From Tetramitus jugosus (Eukaryota; Protista; Heterolobosea): 64,000 nt of DNA. The stretch is from contig OW569365.1 of assembly GCA_937625935.1 (NCBI GenBank), forward strand, positions 372,001-436,000, given 5' to 3'. Each line of letters opens with the position of its first letter. The stretch's first letter is position 1. Position numbers and translations under genes: made by a program. The notes under the pieces were generated by a model. It made no database searches. It saw only the letters and a list, made by a program, of their open reading frames with translations, and was not told the DNA's origin. This document shows, in pieces, positions 58,201 through 64,000 of the stretch.

Positions 58201-58840
58201 CGACTGGTGCATGATCACTTGTCCACCACAGTGTCTTTCCACTTGTTGCGTGAGGCATTGAGTGAGACGAGGCTCTCGGATCCAATCGTATCCGTTTCTT
58301 CTCAAAATCATACACCTTTTGTCTCTCTTTCCAATCGTCACCCTCATCATTTGAGTCACTACTATAGCTATCATAACGATCGTGCCGTTTCCGTTTTTTA
58401 TCCTTCTTTTTCTTCTTCTTCTTTTCTCTGTCTCTGTCCTTGTCCTTTCTCCTTCTTCCTTCTCTGTCTACTTCTTCTTCTTCTTCTTCTCTTCTTGAGC
58501 GCTTCTTTTTGCTTCTTCTCTTTCTGTTGTCTTCTTCATCGTTGCCATCATCTCTGTGTTTCTTGTGCTTTTCTCTTCTCTTGTGACGATCATCATCACT
58601 ATCGGATTGGTGTTTCCTCTTCTTCTTCTTGTCCGTCTTGTCCTTTTTTGACTTTTTGATCACCAGTGGTGGTGAAGATGATGATAATGGTTGTTCATCA
58701 GAGTCCGATTCAGTCAATTGGACAACACTTGCTTCATTACTGGGGATAGGTCTGCTCGTTGTGGTTTCGATTGATCGAGTTGGTTTCTTGTAGCTCGATC
58801 CAACATTGAGCCAACTTGGAGGATTGGCATTGTGATCCAT
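55226..58840 (-). CDS. NRDE2: NRDE-2 (nuclear RNAi/splicing HAT-repeat protein)
   Basis: DLKGDPNNL, FNEHLQAHPHNVGKWIDFVRFQD, QSGYTERSIAMCQALIEMN, FWESEAPRFGE.GA.GW, DRVVLFEDI. Confidence 0.9.
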   Translation of the reverse strand: MDHNANPPSWLNVGSSYKKPTRSIETTTSRPIPSNEASVVQLTESDSDEQPLSSSSPPLVIKKSKKDKTDKKKKRKHQSDSDDDRHKRREKHKKHRDDGNDEEDNRKRRSKKKRSRREEEEEEVDREGRRRKDKDRDREKKKKKKKDKKRKRHDRYDSYSSDSNDEGDDWKERQKVYDFEKKRIRLDPRASSHSMPHATSGKTLWWTSDHAPVELTTNYRNFDDDQIFRFDLKGDPNNLLFDCIYREYVPLYRLYNSENPYWSEALKWKRLLSGKNERKSKASALDRYWRGSILRKLRPSKPVIDPSLIRASKKHDTVLASDYIPIEDSNDSELNEGAYIHVDSEPEYDEMNEGRGAKEEITMDDSKNQNVEQFLFYKTKQFNEHLQAHPHNVGKWIDFVRFQDEYLRIQSKRNTTAISEKKIAIYEKAIQSNPSSSVLLSGYMRENAKIYPYDMILKLWIKVLTDNLSDINLWNEFILFKKSSFTNFTIPDMRTVYREAIRAFIEAKKHVTSNDQSDNDKIEECLIKIFFDMCIFEKQSGYTERSIAMCQALIEMNCFCPIVYTSWDSQITGFQDFWESEAPRFGETGATGWNDWLLEKLTSESSDQLNDKPSYYSYDDVFNIESEIKEEEYDNAMFFIQWMKEEDKKSNNQLLPCRSDMNPSEIVSCPDRVVLFEDIVEVLFPVLSDSIQKQLIFLILELLGFPIYYMQRSIDDIFTHENMSNKNDSKHLFSIFSTSLEDRFDSWKPYAYSKRKDMLIFLRSVLEQSTKLYPDDNLLKMALLDFLSQSDIEAAKKTAKMLLSNDRQNLILWNQYAQLERKSKNFIGARDVYENALQIMDEKTPSGIRFVMYRCYSDLEILNGDMDRALHALCVAVCVDEKFAPFSQRASSSVILRARQLYRLRYDEVMRLYSQDKTHFENHLEFLMCYCLFEYIASNGYLETSNRIFESVLYELKWSTLSSYHYSFSADARAEVYRFNRNDITNEDLHQLGEAPEQYLWLLYLRFLSVIVPHCGQKQLLQQRAAKVANLDHIFSKKVLKNALGKFLSRFPAHPVGLSIYIENEQKAQLSANMRRFLDHKCQLAPSPINFMFTIYAELRRGGTESVNRIRSLFERGLEYQTCRTNSMFWRMYLHFEHSTGELDKAKKVFYRAIDKCCYAKFLWLDAPKIFKDHLTVLEYEELVELMDEKQILLRNSFDDVTST

Positions 58841-58911
58841 TGTGGCTTATGGCTTCTTGATCATCAATTGTTCACTTTGTTTTTTGGTTGAAGCCAAGAT
58901 GAAGAAAATTT

Positions 58912-61900
58912 TTATTTGAAAAGTGCTGGTTGTTCAACGAGCAAGCTTGCACGAACAGAGAGACTCTGGGTGGCCATAAACTCCTTCAGTTTCTTCTTGT
59001 GCAATGTGAGAACAAGTGTAATGTTGGCATTGGGTTGTTGGGTGGAGAGAGTATCGTGATCATTGTTTAGGCACGCATCCAACATTTGAGACATTGTATG
59101 AAACAATTGAATGAACGATGGCGAGGATGTAATCTTGTCCATCCATTGATTGCTCATCTTTGTAAGAAGTACAAAGAAGGTGCTGGTGATTGCTGCCTGA
59201 ATAATCATTCTGTCGTTCGTGCTATCAAACCTTAGCAATGAAGAAAATGGCAACTGGTCATTGGTGATTGAACAGTCCAAGGGGTTTTCTGATGTTACTG
59301 GATAGAGCTGCAGTGACTCCAACAGGTAGATAAATATAAAGATCGACTCGGGCATCATGATCAAGTATTTGGCACTAAGAGTTTTGAGTTCTTCCAAGGG
59401 CTTAAGACCGTATTCTGAGAATTGTGCCATGACGATATGATGTTCCACGAGTCGAAGCACAATCTGATGAATCAAACTGTGTACCAGGACACTCATTCCT
59501 GTAACAAAGAATGATAGAATTGATTTGTCTCGCTGAGGTTTCCCTAGCTCTAATGATAAGTGGCTCAGTACCTTGGAAAATGAAGCTTGTATCGTTGAGA
59601 GATTGTAGTTTGTTTGCCTCAAAGAGAAAGATGATTGTGACACAGAGTAGTGTGTACTGTGATTCATACTGCTTCCGAAGCACAACAAACATAGGGAATA
59701 CTCGATCAGTGAAATAGCTGCAACGGTTGGCTCGCTCCTGCATAACGCAACAACGGAGTTACTTGTAACTTGTCGGTAATTCTTGAAAATGAGTTCCAGG
59801 GAACGATTCATATCTGATATCGGTGCAATGATTAAGCGTTCAATCTGTTCAGCAACAACAGGGTGAGAGTGTTTGGTTCTTGAGAATATTGCTTGAATAT
59901 ATGTGCGTTCTATATTACTCCAAAGCTTGAGTAAGGCTACTCTTAACAGAGGTACGCTGTGCAGAAAGAGACTGAGTTGTTCTGTCAATTCTTGATTCTC
60001 ACTATCAACTATGCAGGCATCTACTAGTCCTCGGATGAGCAACGTGGTGAATTCGTAAGGCCATGGATATACATGACTAAATGATCTGATAATATCTCGT
60101 AGCAACGAAAGACGAGTTGATATTCTCTCTTGGCTAATGATATCACAGAACAGTATTCGAGAGTCGAGTATCATCATTAATTTCGAAGATCTCTCAACCA
60201 TTTTGAAGAAGTTTTCATTGCAGTGACCTAACTTGCTATGCAATATCTCAAAGAGAGGCAAAGAGATTTGATTGTCTTTGGTAATTAGTGGTTGAAACTC
60301 TTGCAAAATCGAGATTAATACTCTCTCTGCTTCATAATTAATGCCAAGATTCAATTGAACGTGTTTGACATAGCAGTTAATAGCTTCCTCATATAATCGA
60401 ACAAATAGTTTAGATATCGTCATGTTGCACTGTCCCAAATACACGCTTAGTAGTCGATCTCGGAACAAAGAGCACAAGCGAGCTGTGTCCAACTCTAGTG
60501 GGAAAAATAACTCACACCGAACGAGCATTGACAGGGGCATATCTTTTCCTCGAATAAATGAGACAAATCCAGGCGATTTGGCAAATTTGTGAAAAATCTG
60601 ACACGTAATGTTCTTCTTAGTACTTCCGTATTCGATGGTGGCTTGTCTATCCATGGCCCATACAGTTCTCAGAGTAAAATTCACTGGTACATATATCAAT
60701 AGTTTTGCTTGATAGCATACAGTGAGACTGTCGGCAGCGACTGGCGAAAACTTACTGAAGCAATACCGAAGATAAGATAACGAAAATTCTGAGAAGCGAA
60801 TACAATTTGTTGGGTACAGATCATCAAGAACTGAATCAGCAATCATCGCCAAGTTGTCTCTCTCTGGCTGGTAATACTTGATCTGGCACATATTACCAAT
60901 CAGAACACCCAAGGAATGCGTCAAAATACTATTTGTATCAACATGATTGATCATAGTTGTGAGTCTATTGGTCAACAGTGTATATAGTGAAGTAAACGGA
61001 AGAAGCACTGAGCTACACAGGAGCGAACAGAAGGTTTCGATTGCTTCTGATTCATACTTGGTGGCAATAATATCCGTACACTTCATAAAAAATGTAAAGA
61101 TGGTGTCAACATAATACTTCTTCTCAACAATGGTGAGCTCCTCTTGGTTCATCGTCACTATACTTTCATTAATAATTCGAAATGATTCGATCCAAGTATC
61201 TACACTCGCGAATCCATCACACAACATCTCAAGCCGTTTCTTGTCATTGTATAAGTCATTGGTAAGTGGATCAGGAATCGTAATTGCATCCTTTTCCAAG
61301 TATATGACTTCATCCTCTTCGTCTTCTAAATCAGGCTCAAACGATTGTATTTGCTCAATTTTGCTCTCGTATTCTTGCATGATGCTACCATCAATCATGC
61401 TTCTCTTCACCATTAGCTTGATCATTTCTCTCAGTAATATTCGATATTTGTTTCGCTCTGGTCCTGTTTCTTCAAACATTATGAGAGTTGGGAGAAACTG
61501 TTTGATGTACCATATCCTATCCAAGTACTGTTTGTTTGCGATGTTCTGCGGAATCTTAGTCATTTTGTTCTTCTCAAAGTCGAGCAGAGCCTTCTTCACG
61601 ACATCAACCAGTCCCGATGGAGCTGGTTTTGAAGAAACAAAATGCGCAACAGAAAACTTGTCAGTTGAGGAACCTAGGTTGTTGAGTTGATCTTTGACAG
61701 CTGTAATATAATCTGAACAGTCTAGCCCTGTTTCCAGCATAAATACCATCTGCTTCAAAGCTGTGACATTGTCATGGGGTATCATAGATGTGAGTATCGA
61801 CAATAAGAATTGCCTATTCTTCTTCAAAACCTTTCCAGAAGTACTGCTATCCTTTCTCGTCGTGAAATGCCTTACAACGTTATTCTTAAGCCATGCGTCA

Positions 61901-63300
61901 TAACTCGATTGTTTCTGGTTGCTGGAGTACACATGACGAGTGATAATAATAACGACTGTAGCCAAATCCACAAAGTGATTAGACATTGATTCTTCAAACA
62001 CTTCTGTCAGATAGCGAGTAACGTCAGATCCATGACTCTTACATATAAACAGTAATAGCGATATAACCATTCCCCAGTCGCATGAAAAAGATCGAATACA
62101 AGAATCGATCACATTCAACGCTTGTTGAACCGATAATAAGTGCATCATGTTCCTGAAGGCAAAATTCACGGAGTCTTCAGGAAGATTTATCCAATTCTCA
62201 TAGGATTCAGGAACACTTGAAAATTTGAAAATATCGGTCAATTTAGACTTCTCAGATGACAGCAACATACCAATCTCCTTCAATACAACGTCCATATCTG
62301 TTATCGACAGCTGTAAAGACTTCATATAAATCTCGATCACAATTTGATTATTCCTAAAGTAATTTGTCTTCCATTGCCGTAATGCCGTCGAGAACAAAGA
62401 ATTAGCTTTCTTCCAGGTATCACTTCCTCCTCTTCGCGATTTAAAATTGTTTAACACTGCTTCAATCGCACAAAGATATCGACCGTTGCTAGACCAATAT
62501 TCAGTCAAATGCGCAACTAACAAAACAGCATTCAACTTGTCTTGTAAACAAAACGATTCAATATAGGACTCAAAAGTGATCAATTGCCTTTCATCCAACA
62601 TTTGAAGTACTCTCAAATCCAAAACTCGATACATATAATTACTGAAATAATCACCAGGCCGTAATAAACAGCGAACAAATAACTCTCGATTGAATTCGTG
62701 CCTCCGTATTAGATCCTCTGCGACCTGACACAACACCTTCACTTTCTCTCTCACATGTGCATCGCTGTTCTCATGATCATTACCGCCGTCATCTCCATTT
62801 TTCATCTCGTTGCTCTTTTTAATCGGTTGAAACTGCATCAACAAAATTGCAGTTGCCTTTGCATATTCGTTCGCCATCTCATCTCCATGCATCGAACAAT
62901 AGTGATTCAACTCTGACAAGCACTGCACTGGGCTATCCAAAGACATTGACTTTATAAAACGTTCATTCAATCCCAATGTATGACGTCTTCCTCCATTTAT
63001 GAAGACTGTTCGATTGTCATTGGTGTTGATTGTTGTGTTGTTGTTCTGATCAGCACTCTGCATGATATTCAATACCTGTTCTATCACCATGGAATGTCGC
63101 TGATTGATACTCTCATTACTACCAACACCACTAGGATCCCATGGAAGAAAATGTGACCTACGTTGTCTCTTTGATTCATGGTGTTGTTGATGCTGTTGGT
63201 TGTGAATCGATTGGAAAATTTGTCTCAATGGGTCATGGTGATGAGGCAATGGTTGTGCCGTGTTTTGTTGCTCGACATCATCTGATCTGGATCTCTTCAT
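58912..63300 (-). CDS. FANCA: Fanconi anemia group A-like helical protein
   Basis: SYDAWLK..FLLSILTSMIPHD..DYITAVKDQL..DVVKKALLDFE..KIP..WYIKQFLPTLI parallels the recalled FANCA block SYADWFK..FLFTFLSELVPFE..DYISLAKTRL..DVEKAIMVFE..NIP..YYVSHFLPALL; first ATG at 63300 gives about 1460 aa. Confidence 0.7.
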   Translation of the reverse strand: MKRSRSDDVEQQNTAQPLPHHHDPLRQIFQSIHNQQHQQHHESKRQRRSHFLPWDPSGVGSNESINQRHSMVIEQVLNIMQSADQNNNTTINTNDNRTVFINGGRRHTLGLNERFIKSMSLDSPVQCLSELNHYCSMHGDEMANEYAKATAILLMQFQPIKKSNEMKNGDDGGNDHENSDAHVREKVKVLCQVAEDLIRRHEFNRELFVRCLLRPGDYFSNYMYRVLDLRVLQMLDERQLITFESYIESFCLQDKLNAVLLVAHLTEYWSSNGRYLCAIEAVLNNFKSRRGGSDTWKKANSLFSTALRQWKTNYFRNNQIVIEIYMKSLQLSITDMDVVLKEIGMLLSSEKSKLTDIFKFSSVPESYENWINLPEDSVNFAFRNMMHLLSVQQALNVIDSCIRSFSCDWGMVISLLLFICKSHGSDVTRYLTEVFEESMSNHFVDLATVVIIITRHVYSSNQKQSSYDAWLKNNVVRHFTTRKDSSTSGKVLKKNRQFLLSILTSMIPHDNVTALKQMVFMLETGLDCSDYITAVKDQLNNLGSSTDKFSVAHFVSSKPAPSGLVDVVKKALLDFEKNKMTKIPQNIANKQYLDRIWYIKQFLPTLIMFEETGPERNKYRILLREMIKLMVKRSMIDGSIMQEYESKIEQIQSFEPDLEDEEDEVIYLEKDAITIPDPLTNDLYNDKKRLEMLCDGFASVDTWIESFRIINESIVTMNQEELTIVEKKYYVDTIFTFFMKCTDIIATKYESEAIETFCSLLCSSVLLPFTSLYTLLTNRLTTMINHVDTNSILTHSLGVLIGNMCQIKYYQPERDNLAMIADSVLDDLYPTNCIRFSEFSLSYLRYCFSKFSPVAADSLTVCYQAKLLIYVPVNFTLRTVWAMDRQATIEYGSTKKNITCQIFHKFAKSPGFVSFIRGKDMPLSMLVRCELFFPLELDTARLCSLFRDRLLSVYLGQCNMTISKLFVRLYEEAINCYVKHVQLNLGINYEAERVLISILQEFQPLITKDNQISLPLFEILHSKLGHCNENFFKMVERSSKLMMILDSRILFCDIISQERISTRLSLLRDIIRSFSHVYPWPYEFTTLLIRGLVDACIVDSENQELTEQLSLFLHSVPLLRVALLKLWSNIERTYIQAIFSRTKHSHPVVAEQIERLIIAPISDMNRSLELIFKNYRQVTSNSVVALCRSEPTVAAISLIEYSLCLLCFGSSMNHSTHYSVSQSSFSLRQTNYNLSTIQASFSKVLSHLSLELGKPQRDKSILSFFVTGMSVLVHSLIHQIVLRLVEHHIVMAQFSEYGLKPLEELKTLSAKYLIMMPESIFIFIYLLESLQLYPVTSENPLDCSITNDQLPFSSLLRFDSTNDRMIIQAAITSTFFVLLTKMSNQWMDKITSSPSFIQLFHTMSQMLDACLNNDHDTLSTQQPNANITLVLTLHKKKLKEFMATQSLSVRASLLVEQPALFK

Positions 63301-63483
63301 TGGAACATTGGGAAAGTGTTTCGATGGGTGATTATGAATGTGTTGTTGTTTGTCTTTTGTGAAGATGGGAAGTGATGGACTAGTTTTGATTGATTTCAAG
63401 AAATTGCTCGACAAAAAAGTGCAAGTACAAAAAGAACAAAGTTTTAATAATGGTTGAACTGTTCTTTGACGACAGCTAAACGT

Positions 63484-63999
63484 TTAGCTGGTCATGTATG
63501 AGTTGGTGTTGATCGAGTTTGGCATTGGTTGAATCTTGACCTCGAAACGGCTTTGAATTTGGCTCAACAACTGCTCGTCAGTGAATTCTCTCTTGAAACC
63601 AGTCTTTGTGGTTTCCATTGGTGCATCGGAGGAGATGAAAGAGATGGCAAGACCCTTGGTACCGAAACGACCTGCTCTACCAACTCTGTGCAAGTACTGG
63701 TCTGGGTCATTTGGCATATCATAGTTGATGACAATGTTGACTCTTTGAATATCGATACCACGACCCAAGATGTCGGTGGTAACAAGAATTCTCTTCTCAA
63801 AGTTCTTGAATGCCTCATATTGCTTGATTCTCTCCTCTTGAGACATGTTGGAATGCATCTCCATGGATGGGAAACTGTTATCGCACAACAACTTGTTCAA
63901 TTGACGAGCACGGACAACAGATCTGACGAAAATGACAACTTGATTGAATTCCAAAGCATCCAACAAGTCCATCAACTTCTTTTCCTTCTCATTCTCGGT
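63484..63999 (-). CDS. DDX39: DEAD-box helicase UAP56/SUB2, C-terminal part (5' end beyond the window)
   Basis: [52 protein letters not shown]. Confidence 0.93.
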   Translation of the reverse strand, partial: TENEKEKKLMDLLDALEFNQVVIFVRSVVRARQLNKLLCDNSFPSMEMHSNMSQEERIKQYEAFKNFEKRILVTTDILGRGIDIQRVNIVINYDMPNDPDQYLHRVGRAGRFGTKGLAISFISSDAPMETTKTGFKREFTDEQLLSQIQSRFEVKIQPMPNSINTNSYMTS

Positions 64000-64000
64000 C

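Overview
Gene-dense eukaryotic nuclear DNA in the standard genetic code, with about 36 protein genes, few and short GT-AG introns, and many poly-Q/N/S tracts. EF-1alpha lacks the 12-aa opisthokont insertion, so the host is probably not an animal or fungus. A PWWP-TFIIS fusion and a Zn2Cys6 factor suggest a discoban, possibly heterolobosean, protist (inference only). Most genes are housekeeping: EF1A, LeuRS, SerRS, HSP60, TBP, CPSF2, PCF11, UAP56, NRDE2, SNF8, spastin, MOCOS, MRI1, EMC2, TAPT1, anamorsin and mRPL17. There are also two tRNA genes, Ala-TGC and Thr-AGT. The main finding lies about 40 bp upstream of tRNA-Thr. It is a 5'-truncated non-LTR retrotransposon, head-to-head with the tRNA, with a zinc-knuckle ORF2 C-terminus, a 3' hairpin, an A10 tail and a 10-bp target-site duplication. 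Directly behind it is a decayed remnant of a related element that appears to have used almost the same site. This suggests a tRNA-gene-targeted LINE family with the geometry of Dictyostelium TRE5. Other points of interest are a FANCA-like gene, a putative Nsl1 kinetochore gene, a RhoGDI-like fold split by a long insertion, and an SDR gene broken by a frameshift or a 20-nt micro-intron. All protein identifications come from recalled motifs, not database searches.
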